Positions 50,650 through 62,627 of a stretch of 64,000 nucleotides of DNA are shown here, piece after piece. The notes beneath the pieces were generated by a model, which was given only the letters and a program-made list of their open reading frames with translations, was not told where the DNA came from and did no database searches. This DNA comes from Cenococcum geophilum. Lineage: Eukaryota. Within the stretch, counting starts at the first letter, position 1; every line of letters starts with the position of its first letter. A program made the translations under genes and the position numbers. The stretch spans positions 26,784,001-26,848,000 of the forward strand of contig CP158635.1 of the NCBI GenBank assembly GCA_050273025.1. The letters are read 5' to 3'.

Positions 50650-52051
50650 AAGATCTTGTTTGCGCGTAAGCGCTTATAGCGTAAAAACAGCGCTTCGCTA
50701 GGGGTTTTTGCTTGTTTAATATATAGTGCAAGGTCTAGACAAGGCGTATACTGTCGTATAAGTGCGTTTTATGCTTTGCGAGACCATAATTGAGCTATTC
50801 TGTGTGTTGCTTTGAAGTAAACAAATTGACGATTAAATGGGTTGCGCACGTGCTAAATAGGCCAGTTTTATCGTACCTAAAGAGCCAGCTTAAGGGATAT
50901 AAAAAGACTTTCTTACTAACTAGGTACTCGAGCAGGACTTATAAGGACTTATTCCCTCGTATATATAACTATAAGAGATAGCGGCCTAAATCCTTAGTTA
51001 AAATAGTAACACTAAAGCCCTTAGCAAAGTATAGGTGTCTAGCTACCTTTTAATATAATTCTCGCGTTAAGTCCTTACTATGCTAACTAATAAAGAGTAT
51101 ATAAATTGATAGAGCATAACTAAAGCAAATTTAAGAGTTTTATGGCCTTTATAAAAGGGTAAGGATGCATATAACTATTACGCTTAGACCATATTAAAAA
51201 AAATAATACCACTTATAACTATAAAAAGTTACTATTTATAATATATTGCCTTTACTAATAGTGTTGGTTTAAAGAAAACTTATTACCTAGGTATATAATC
51301 GCATACCTAAAGGCTAAGCGGCTTGGAATTAGAGTCTTTATATAATTATAAGCACTAATTTTAGGCGATTATATTGTTTATATGCATCCCTATAAGAGGG
51401 TGCAAAGGAGGGACAATATATAAATAGAGAATACCTAAAATATAGACAAATCTGGTGTCGTATTAGGTGTTTATATAGGCTTAATAGGTATACGAGACGC
51501 CTTTAAAAAGAAGACTCCTATAAAGTCACTAAATAACTATATATAGGTGTCTATTATAGAGGTAGTCTCTACCCTTAGCCTATTAATTTGACCTATTATA
51601 ATCTTTAAAGGAAAGACCCCTTAATTAACTTAGTTTTACTATAATAAGGTGCCCGATTAAATATATACAACCTATAAAAATAGTAAAATAGCTAATTGCA
51701 TCGCCTCTAAATAGCTTACTTAAGTCTTCTTACCTAAAATAAAACTACTTAGAAATAAAGCTTAATTGCTTGTTTTTAATAGCTATGGAAGCTACTATAT
51801 AATAAAGTTCTGTTAAATAGTAGAACTTATCTATTAATTAATCTATAAAAGAAAAGAGACTATATATATATATATAATATAAGTGCAGGTGTTAATTAGG
51901 TAGTATATTATGCCTAAGCCTAACCTACTTAACCATATAAACTACTAAAAAGGTAATAGTAGTGTCTTGTGACTAGACGGACTGCTAGTTAAAATGCCTT
52001 ATAAGCTCTCCAGCCCATACCTGCCGTATAGGTAGCGCAAGGTCGTGACAT

Positions 52052-53298
52052 TATCGGCAAAATATAGTACCATACTAATGGCCTCAATAATTAGTAGTTG
52101 ACGCAATTAGCGCGCAGTTGAGGGCATTTAGTAACTCAACCACCTAGCCTATATCGTGTTTTTTTAACACGCAGCCTGCGTGCAACCTATGTATTTAGCA
52201 ACTATAGAGCTATCTGCCTCTTTTATACTAATAGTATATTTTAGATAATAAATAATAAATAAAGGCTATTTTAAAGCTATTTATAAAGTTAGTAAGGTAT
52301 ATTATATATACTTCTTTATATAACCTCTATATATAGTTAAAAAGTAGCTACTAAGAGTAGTAGATATAGACTTATCTATATCTACCTATCTATATCTACC
52401 TACCTATTTATATTTATCTACCTATTTATATCTACCTACCTATTAGCATCTACCTACCTATCTATATCTGCTTGCCTATCTATATCTACCTACCTATTAA
52501 CATCTGCCTATTTATACCTACCTACCTATACTACCTTAATTTAATTAATTAATCAAATCGTTTATAGTGTTCGCTGGCTAGTTGTTGTCGTCTAGTTCTA
52601 GCGACGGTTGTCTAGCTCTAGCGACGGTCGTCTAGCTCTAGTGACGGTTGTCTAGTTTTAGTAACAATCGTCTAGTTCTAGCGACGGTTGTCTAGCTCTA
52701 GTAATGGTCATCTAGTTCTAATAACAGTTGTCTAGTTCTAGCGATAGTTATCTAGTTCTAATAACAGTCCTTTACTAGCTACTGTTCTAGTACCTCCCTA
52801 AGTAGGGAGGATGTAAGGAAGGAAAGAAGGGTAAAAAATAAGGCGGCTATATAGGCAGAGATACGTGTAGAGGCTATTAGGAGTATAGCGGGGACCTAAT
52901 ACAAAGCTTTATATAGAGCCTCCGTATATAAAGCTTCGCGTAAAGCCTTATATAGAGCCTTTATATATAGGGCTTTATATAGAGCTTTATATAGAGCCTT
53001 ATATAGAGCCTTTAAGTAATAAGACTATATAAGATTATATAAAATTGCGTAATTAGTATATAACTTTACCTTAATTGCATATTAAGGAATATATAGTTAG
53101 CTTTTAAAGTTGTTAAGTAGGTTAACTGCGTATTATTTAACCTTTAAATATATTAAGTAAGTTAACTGCGTATTATTTAACTTTTAAATATATTAAGTAG
53201 GTTAACTACGTATTAAGTTAGTTAATTTGCATATTAATTACGCGAAACGCGCTAAATAAAGTCTATTTAAATCTTATCCTACGAATATTTCCCCGATA
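52052..53298 (+). mobile_element. Non-autonomous CATCGG-ended tandem-array element, copy 1
   Basis: Ends TATCGGCAAAATAT ... ATATTTCCCCGATA with AT on both flanks. Inverted homologue of 58402-60569. Confidence 0.8.
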
Positions 53299-54278
53299 AT
53301 AGTAATAATATAGTATTAATATTAGCCTTTACTACCTACTTTATATATATATAATCTCCTTTTCTTTATAAATTAATATTTATACAAGTTTTTCTTCTCT
53401 ACATATAGACTTCTAATTAATAGTAGGTAATAGAAATAGGTAGTAAGATATAAAATAGTAAGTAGTAGGGTAGTGAGTTATAAGGTAGTAGGTATTAAAG
53501 ACAGTAGTAAGACGATAGTAAGTAAGTCTAATTTAGGTCGATATACCCCCCTAGCTTTAAGCTTACTTATAAGTTAAAAATATATTACTAGTCTTAGCGT
53601 AGTGTTAATTAAAAGACAATTAATAATTTATTAAAGCTTTTTATTTAATTAAATCTTCTTCCTAATTTCCTATTTAATTTTTAAATCTAGCTTTTAATCC
53701 CTTTATTAAGTTCCTTCTAAAATATAAGGATACTGTTTAAAATAGTAAGTCTTACTATCAGGAATATAGGCAAGTTGCCGTCACGCGAGGCAAGTTGCTA
53801 TTACGTGTCGCCGCGGCACTAGCGTGGCGAGGAGCCTTAAGCTCCTCGCCCTTCCTTAAGGAAGAAATAGAACAAAAAAGAATAATAATAATTATACTAC
53901 CTATAACTTGTAAATACGTGATATCACCTTATATTACTAACACTAATTAGTAGTTAACTTTATTATTATACTATAGAACAGCTAGGTATTTCACTAAAAA
54001 GAGACAAGCCACTATACTAGTACTACTTGTGCTAGAGGAAGCTATTTTTTAAGATTAGAACTAGTCCTAAACCTTAAATAGAACTCTTCTATAAATTTAA
54101 GGATTTAAAGGCCAGAACTAGTCCTAAGCCTTTCTTAGATTATAGATTCTTATATCTATTATATAGAATAATACGCTTTATAAGTCTTTATAATTTAAGG
54201 CTAGAGCTAGTCCTAAGCCCTATAATTACAAATAAACGTCACGAATGCGTATTAAATAACGAACGCGTACTAAATAAC

Positions 54279-56608
54279 TGTTGGGAATAAGACAAGTGGT
54301 CGTTACGTGTCGCCGCGGCACTAGCGTGGCGAGGAGCCTTAAGCTCCTCGCCCTCCCTCATTTATTATACAATTAAACAAGAACAACAATTATTATACTA
54401 TCTACGAACCGTAGCTACGTGATATCCCCTTATGTAACCAACACTGATTAGTGGTTAACTTTACTGTTATACCATAGAACAGCTAGGTATTCCACTAAGA
54501 AGAGACAAGCTACTATACCAGTGCTACTCGTGCTAGAGGAAGCTATCTTTTAAGGTTAGAACTGGTCCTAAACCTTAAATAGAACTCTTCTATAAATCTA
54601 AGGATTTAAAGGCCAGAACTAGTCCTAAGCCTTTCTAAGATTACGGATTCTTGCGTCTATTACACAGAATAATACGCTTTACAAGTCTTCGCGATTTAAG
54701 GCCAGAACTAGTCCTAAGCCCCATAACCGCAAATATACGTCACGAACGCGTACTAAACGACAATCCCTACACTAATAACACTTCCCTTCTTCCGAAAGCA
54801 TGGCTACGGCCATTTTAAACGACTGGAGAGACTCCTTACTACTAGGGGTAGCTATATACGCGAAACTTATCAATAAAGATTGGGACGAATTTACCCTTAA
54901 TATAATAACTTATACCGCAAAACAAGTTAATGGCTTTCTCCTATATTATATTATATTCTACCAAAATAAACACTAGGCCGATTTATAGCTATAGAAGTAT
55001 TTTAGGGAAGATTTTATAGGATGGACTGCTGATACCTAGGCACTTAGTAACGTTAATATTATTTAGGATTTTTAAGACTTCCTTTATAGGAACGGAGTAT
55101 ATATTATTAAGAACGGTAACCTAATTACTAGCAATATTTAGGCCGTTATTGTTAGTATAAAAGAACTAGTATGGATGGAAGCTAAGATTATACGTTAACT
55201 ATAGAAACCAAAAACCAACCGATATTCTTTAGAAGGCAACTTTAATTTATATTAAAACCCCTAGAACGCTAATCTCCTACTTAGTTCTCCTCCTGCCTAG
55301 TAATATCCGCAGTAATGTCCGCAGCAGCCTCCGCAGTAACCATAATCTCCGCAGTAATCTCCATAAAAACCTCCGCTAATTCCACTAGCTATTCCAACTG
55401 CTGCACCATAAGTTGTCCCAATCGCTACACCACCAGCTACTCCAATTGCTGCCCCTGCTACCCTACAGCAGCCGCAGCAACTACAGTAGCTACACGTCTA
55501 TATACTACCTACACCGCTAATATAACAATCTCCGTAAGAACCACCGTAAGAACCTCCGTAAGAACCTCCGCAGCAATCTCCGTAAGAACCTCCGCAGTAA
55601 TCTCCGTAAGAACTTCCGCAGTAACCACTATAGACAACCTCAGGCTATTAAACACCTTAAGTTCCTTAAGCTACTGTATCTTAACCCGTGCCTTAAGCTC
55701 CGTCCCACCAGAGATTGTTAACCCCGTTCAACTTAAGCGCTAAGACGTCTCCTCTAACCCCTACTGCGCTTAGATAACTGGTATAACAAGCTAGATCTAT
55801 AAACAATATCCTAACCCACTAATAACCTTTACAACTACTACGTAATAAGCAACCCTACCCGCTATATCAGCAATATAGATAGCAGAATACTTATAATAAG
55901 GTTAGATTGCCAGAGGTTCAGCATTAAAAAATTGGATTGCTAGAGGTTTAATATTACAAGGTTAGATTGCCAGAGGTTTAATATTATAAGGAGCTTAATT
56001 ACGGCGAATATAACAGTTATAATAACGGCTAATACTACACCAATTGCTCCTACGGATAAAGTAGGTATAGATGAGGCCGTAGCAGCTATAATAGATGTAG
56101 AGGCTCTGGCTACTACGGAGGAGGCTCTCGTAGAGGATTTAGCGGAGGTAGATTCCGGAATAGGGCCAGATATTAACAAGGGGGTAGTTAGAACGGCACA
56201 GTTACGCAGGCAACCCATAAAAGAAGAGTTGCTAGTATTGGAACTATATTAGGACTATATTAGGACTGGGTTATATATAAGTCTTAGGCCATATTTAACG
56301 ATTTCGGTCTGCCGACTCTAAATTCTGCCGACCCCTTTGTATTCGCGTTAACCCCTAACAGTAATCTTCTTCTTCTTCTTCTTCTTCTCTTCAGCTTAGT
56401 ATCTTTGTATAGTAGAGAGCAACTATAAAAGAAGAGTTGCTAGTGTTGGGAATAAGACAAGTGGTCATTACGTGTCGCCGCGGCACTAGCGTGGCGAGGA
56501 GCCTTAAGCTCCTCGCCCTCTCTTATTTATTATACAATTAAACAAGAATAACAATCATTATACTATCTACGAACCGTAGCTACGTGATATCCCCTTATGT
56601 AACCAACA
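54279..56608 (+). mobile_element. 2.33-kb non-autonomous LTR element related to, and nested in, the Copia host
   Basis: 165-bp LTRs at 54279-54443 and 56444-56608 with TSD ATAAC. Interior 54444-55265 matches the host leader and gag start; no pol recognisable. Confidence 0.9.
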
Positions 56609-58401
56609 ATAACAAACGCGTACTAAACGATAATCCCTACCCCAATAATACTTCCCTCCCCCTAAAAACATAGCTACGCCTACCTTAAACAACCAGGAAG
56701 ACTTCTTACCACTAGGGGTAGCTTTATACGCGAAACTTATTAATAAAAATTGGGATGAATTTACCTTTAATATAATAACTTATACCATAAAATAAGTTAA
56801 TAGCTTTCTCCTATACTATATTATATTCTACTAAAGTAGATACTACGCCGATTTATAGCTATAGGAATATTTTAGGGAGGATTTTATAGGATAGACTGCT
56901 AACACCTAGGCACTTAGTAATATTAATATTATTTAGGATTTTTAAGACTTCCTTTATAGGAATAGGGTATATATTACTAAGAATGGTAACCTAATTGCTA
57001 GCAATATTTAGGCCGTTATTATTAGTATAAAAGAACCAGTATAGACAGAAGCTAAGATTATACGTTAACTATAGAAACCTAGAACTAACCTATATTCTTT
57101 AAAAGGCAACTTTAATTTAAAATAAAACCCCTAGAACGCTACTCTCCCACCTAAGGGTACTCTCCTACCTAAAGGTGCTTTCCTACCTAGAGGTACTCTT
57201 TCTTTACCTTCGCCGCCTTTAGCTCCTCTACTCTAGCTAACCGGTAAGCCTCTATTATAAGAAGTTACAAATCTAATAAAGGTATATTTAGATAAAGAGA
57301 AGAAGTTTAGAGGAGAATTATATAATATACTTAGAGCAAAACTATAGGTCTTCTATGACTGTTATAATAAGGTTAAAATTTAATGCTACTAGTACTACTA
57401 CGCTTTCTTTATTATATTAAAGGGACAGGTAGTAATATTTTATTACAACTATATTATAGGTAAAAACTATAGCTTTAATATAATGCTTTAGCTTACTAAA
57501 GCCCACTTTAAGACTAATAAAAATCGCTAACTTTATATATCTAAATAGCAGGAGACTATATTTTAGAAAGTTATTACTTTTAACCTAACAAAGACTTATT
57601 TAGAGTGCCTTTAACTACTTTTTAATAAACTCTAGAAAATCTAATATAGTCTTACTAAAACTTACTAAAATAAGAATAATCTAAGGGACTAGGTTATCTT
57701 AGCCTGCTATAGCGTTCCTAAGTATAACTTAGCGCTATATAAACCTACGGATATATTTAAAGAAGTATATACTGAGCTACGCTCTACTATAAGTACTATA
57801 ATATAAATATAAGAATCTTAACAGTTCTATACTAAAAGCCTTACCTAATTAAGCGTTCCTAACTAATATAATTATAACTAGACTAACTAAATATATAGTA
57901 GCTATAGTAGGAAATATAGTAAAGGGTATAATTAACGTTAACTATAAGGTAATTATAGAGGTCCTTATGGAGGTTTATTCCGAAGTAATCGCTAAAAGAA
58001 GTACTATATTTATAAGAAGCCAAATTACTAATTAACTAGATACTCTCTTAATAAGTAAAAGGAGGTATATAATAAGTTTTGTTAGAGTATAAGAAACGTT
58101 AAAAATTATAAAGTTACTACGGCCTACTTTTAAAGCTTCTTGGTTTAATATAAAGGCGTAGAAGATCTTAAGGGTAAGGTTAATAAGGTTAAATAGCTCC
58201 TTATAGATATAGAAATTGAGAACTACTCCCCTAACTAATACTTCACTAAGTATAGTAAGGTAGATAGTATATAAACTATTACTATTCTTAATAACCAATC
58301 TACGCTCTATTCTATTACGAAATTAAATATCTTTAATAAGCTAAAAGAGAGTTTTATATTCTCCTTTAATAACAAATACTTAGCGAATGTCTTTTATAGT
58401 A

Positions 58402-60569
58402 CATCGGGAAAATATTCGCAGGATGAGATTTAAGTAGACTTTGATTTTCGCGTTTCGCGTAATTGATATACAATTTGACCAACTCGACACGCAATTGACT
58501 AACTCGACACGCAATTGACCAACTTGACACGTAATTGACCAATTTGACACATTTAAAAGTTAAATAACACGTAGTTGACCTACTTGACAACTTTAAAAGC
58601 TAACTGTATATTTCTTAACACGCAGTTAACCTACTTAACAACTTTAAAAGCTAACTGCATATTTCTTAATATGCAGTTAACCTATTTAATAACTTTAAAA
58701 GCTAACTGCATGTTCCTTGACACGCAGTTAACCTACTTAGCAACTTTAAAAGGTAACTGTATATTTCTTAATATGTAATTAAGGTAAAGTTATATGCTAT
58801 ATATTTAACTATTATATATTATCTAATATAATCTTATACAATCTTATATAGTCTTATTACTTAAAGGCTCTATATAAGGCTCTATACAAAGCTTTATATA
58901 AGGCTCTACACAAAGCTCTATACGAAGCTCTATATAAAGCTCTATATAAAGCTCTATATAAAGCTCTATACAAAGCTCTACGTACAGAGGCTCTGCATAA
59001 AGCTCTATATAAAGCTCTATATATAGAAGCTTTGTATAAAGCTCTGCATAAAGCTCTGCATAAAGCTCTGCATAAAGCTCTATATAAAGCTCTATATAAA
59101 GCTTTGTATAAGGCTCTACACAAGGCTCTACACAAAGCCCTACGTATAGAGGCTCTGCATAAAGCTCTATACGAAGCTCTACGTATAGAGGCTCTACACG
59201 AAGCTCTATATCGGGTCCCCGCTATATTCCCAATAGCCTCTACACGTGCCTTTACCCTATATAGCTACCTTATCTTTTACCCTTCCTTCCTTCCTTACAT
59301 CCTCCCTACCTAGGGAGGTACTAGAACGGCAGCCAGCAGAGAACCGTCGCTAGAACTAGACGACCATTACTAGAACCAGACGACGACCGTTTAAATAACC
59401 AGCCAGTAAACACCACGAATGATTTAATTAATCGATCGATTGAATTGAACTAGAGCTTTAATATTGGCCTATTACCAAATCAAATTAAGGCCTCCTAGGG
59501 AGGCACCCTAGACGACCACCGTTTAAATATAATCAGGGCCTTTAATCGGGCCGACTCCTCCCCTAAATTGAATTATATACTAATATAGGCAGGCAGGTAG
59601 GTAGGTAGGCAGGTAGGTAGGTAGGCAGGCAGGTAGGCAAGTAGGTAGGTAAGTAAGTAGGTAGGTAGGTAGGTAGGTAGGTAGGTAGGTAGGTAGGTAG
59701 GTAGGTAGGTAGGTAGGTAGGTAGGTAGGTAGGTAGGTAGGTAGGTAGGTAGGTAGAAGAGGACCGTCGCTAAAACCAGACCACCGTCGCCAGAACTAGA
59801 CCACCGTTACCAGAACCAGACTACCGTCGCTAAAGCTAGACCACTGTCGCCAGAGCTAGACAACTGTCGCTAGAACTAGACGACCATTACTAAAACTAGA
59901 CCACCGTCGCTAGAGCTAGACGATAACAACTAGCCAGCGAATACTATAAACGATTTAATTGATCAATTAAATCAAGTCAGTATAGACAGGTAGGTACAAA
60001 CAGGGAGATGCTAATAGGTAGGCAGATATAGACAGGTAGGTAGATATAGATAGGTAAGCAGATATAGATAGGCAAGTAGATATAAATAGGTAGGCAGATG
60101 CTAACGGGTAGGTAGATATAGATAGGTAGGCAGATGTAAATAGGTAGGCGATGCAGATAGGTAGGCGATGTAGACAGGTAGGCAATGCAGATAGGTAGGC
60201 AATGTAGATAGGTAGGCGATATAGGCAGGTAGGTAGATAAGTAGGTAGGTAAGTTAATAGGTAGATAGGTAGAAGAGAACCATCGCTATATTATATTAAA
60301 TTATCTAAAATAATAATATTTATTTTGCTAGCCTTATAAATAGCTTTAAAGTAGCTTTTATTTATTTAAAATATACTATTAGTATAAAAGAGGTAAATAT
60401 AATTGTGGTTGCCAAATGCGCAGATTGCTAGCAGGTTGCGCGTAGGCTGCGTGTTAAAAAAACACGACATAGGCTAGTCGGTCGAGTTGCCAAATGCCCT
60501 TAACTGCGCGCCAATTGCGTCAACCACTAACTATTGAGGCCATTGGTAGGGTACTATATTTTGCCAATA
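58402..60569 (-). mobile_element. Non-autonomous CATCGG-ended tandem-array element, copy 2
   Basis: CATCGGGAAAATAT ... ATATTTTGCCAATA with TA on both flanks. Removing it plus one TA restores the host frame VFYSIIPDT. Confidence 0.88.
59586..59756. repeat. (TAGG)n/(CAGG)n microsatellite
   Basis: About 170 bp of 4-bp repeats. The complementary (CCTA)n tract appears at 63905-64000. Confidence 0.95.
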
Positions 60570-62627
60570 TATTATACCAGACACTAGAGCCGTAGGAGTA
60601 TCTATAGTAGGAGAACCTTAAGTTTAAGCCCTTTAGCAGCTTAATAGCTCTGTTTAATTTAACTATTTAACAGCAGGCTAATACACGATTTGTTTTAGTA
60701 AGGGTACTACAATCTCTTTTAGCACAATTAGGGTTTAAACCCCCTTAGGGTATATTATTTTTTATATTATTCCTATAAACACCCCGTTTCTATTTTATAT
60801 TAAAGATATAAATTAATTAGGCATTAAGCTTAATAACCTTAAGAATATACTTATTTAAGGAGATAATTAAGTGCCTATTATACGTAAGTAGGGTTACCCC
60901 TAGTTACTCCTTTACTAACTAGAAAAGAGTGTTACTTAAAGCCACTTAACTAAGTTAGAGTTACGCTAATTATACTATCATTTTAGTCACCTATCCGTTT
61001 ATTAATTGCTTAGGGTTCTTTAGCAAGTAGGCTATAAAGTTAAGGTTAAGGCAATTAAGCATTTTATAAAATACTATTATTACTACCAAATAAACTAGAA
61101 GTCCCCTAGCCGATTTAAGTTTACCCTTAAAGATAACTATAACTTTAACTTCTATATTATTATTAATGTTATATATCTTAGCGGTAAGCTAGTACTCCAA
61201 GTTATTAACTTTTTAATTTCCTTTTAAGCCGCACGTTTTTAAAGGATATATTAGCTAAAAACGTATAGAATATCCTTTAATTATACTAGATTAATGTTTA
61301 CCTAGGACCCCCTAATTAAATTGTCTATAATATAAGAAAGAACTTCTTATCTATAGAGTTTTAATAATAGATAAAGGCAATAGTAATTAAGGTTAAGGAA
61401 GTCCCTATTAAGGTATATAATAGTATTAGAAAAGTAGAATAATATCACGCGCTATTACGCCGCGTATATAAGATTATTTTTTTAAAACTAGAGGGCGCTA
61501 GTAAAGAGCTTATTTTATAAATAGCTAAGGCTATTTATAAGGCAATAAAGGAGGTATAACATCTTTACGCTATACGCTAGGTTAATAACGTACTAGGAAT
61601 AAGAAATGGCCTAAATACCTTAACTACGCTTAATCTATTACTCTAGTTTAAGGTACGCGTATAGCGTAAAAAGGGAGGGTAGTTAGGCCTATATTAACTT
61701 ATTACAATTAATAGTTAAACTTATACTATTTAGATGCCTTATAAACCTACTTAATTCCGTTTAACTGTTATTAAGCCTTACTATAAAGATAACAGTTTTA
61801 AGCCTTTATAAGATACCCTAAAGGAAAACCACAATTAACGTACTTTAAAAGGCGACTATAATTCTAATATAATTATAGTAGAGGTTCCGCAACTATAACG
61901 CAGTAAAGGTCGCCTAAAGGGATTACAAAATTACCAATATCTTATTAATTTTAAAGAGTAATTTATTGCCGCTATTAAGAATGGAGTTAAGTTATTAATA
62001 GCCTTTATAATAGCTAAGGAGAAGGCTAACTTTAAGCTCGCAAAACAGCTCTAAAAGGAAGGTTATATTATAACCCCTAAAGCTTCTTTCTAAGCATCTA
62101 ATAAGTAGGAGATTGATAGTCTTATTATAAGAGGAGTTTTTAAATTTAAGAAGTATAACCTTACTAAGTTTAATGGAGTTCGTATCTTTAAGTTAAGAAT
62201 AGTTAACAAGATTAAGGGTAAAGCTACTAATACCTTATTTAAGAAATTAAGGCTTATTATCTAAGGCTACAATAATAATAGTAAGGAGGTAATTCTTATA
62301 TAATCTTTTATAATTTAACAAGCTAGTTAGTAAGTTATTATTATACTAGCTTTCTCCTTAATAAAGAACGGAATAGCGGTTTATTTATAAGATATTACTT
62401 AGGCCTACACCTAATTAAAGACGTACCTTTAGCGCTTAATACTAGCATACCTTTTAGAGTAAATTCGCTACTAATATCCCAAAAATATAATTATAGTTAT
62501 ACTTAAGCCATTATATGGAATTGCAGAGGTAGAAATTTATTAGTAGGCTACCTATAACAAGCACTATAAAGAGAAGCTTTTAATAACTACTTCTATATTT
62601 AATCTATACTTCCTTATTATAACTATA

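Larger units (their letters stand above)
43296..50884 (-). mobile_element. IS630/Tc1-like DNA transposon (RIP-decayed) with 5-bp TSD
   Basis: About 45-bp TIR CTCTTTAGGTACGATAAAACTGGCC...GCGCAACCC; flanks CTAGC/CCAGC. Minus-strand remnants EDVAFYNKFYFRISP (from DEFHFGIGP), KDSAY and GNSPNFLIIK (from NSPDFSIIE). Candidate ATG at 50787. Confidence 0.8.
42633..50896 (-). mobile_element. Internally deleted piggyBac-like element, copy B, carrying further nested insertions
   Basis: Left end AT|CCCTTGGACTGGTA. Right TIR reconstitutes as GCTA-CCAGC-TTAAGGG|AT across the 43296-50884 insertion. Body homologous to copy A. Confidence 0.82.
42340..51810 (+). mobile_element. Fot1/pogo transposon split by nested insertions (own sequence about 42340-42632 and 50897-51810; left boundary approximate)
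   Basis: ATG 42448 MDQNEQNLQMALADF...RQAAIAYGVPPATFNDRLNG...QQLTPI resumes in frame at 50899 as a RIP-decayed (Q)(E)DFLT..(W)VLEQD...NSNTK, then IIFKGK and FNSYGSY (from DGHGSH). Confidence 0.88.
53756..62627 (+). mobile_element. Ty1/Copia LTR retrotransposon, RIP-decayed, interrupted three times; 3-prime end beyond the window
   Basis: 5-prime LTR about 53756-53942. Domain order is gag, protease (IIPDTRA from DTGA, about 60575), GAG-pre-integrase (YHFSH from RRFGH), integrase, then RT (DIT*AY, LKPLYGIAE at about 62500), i.e. integrase before RT. Confidence 0.88.
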
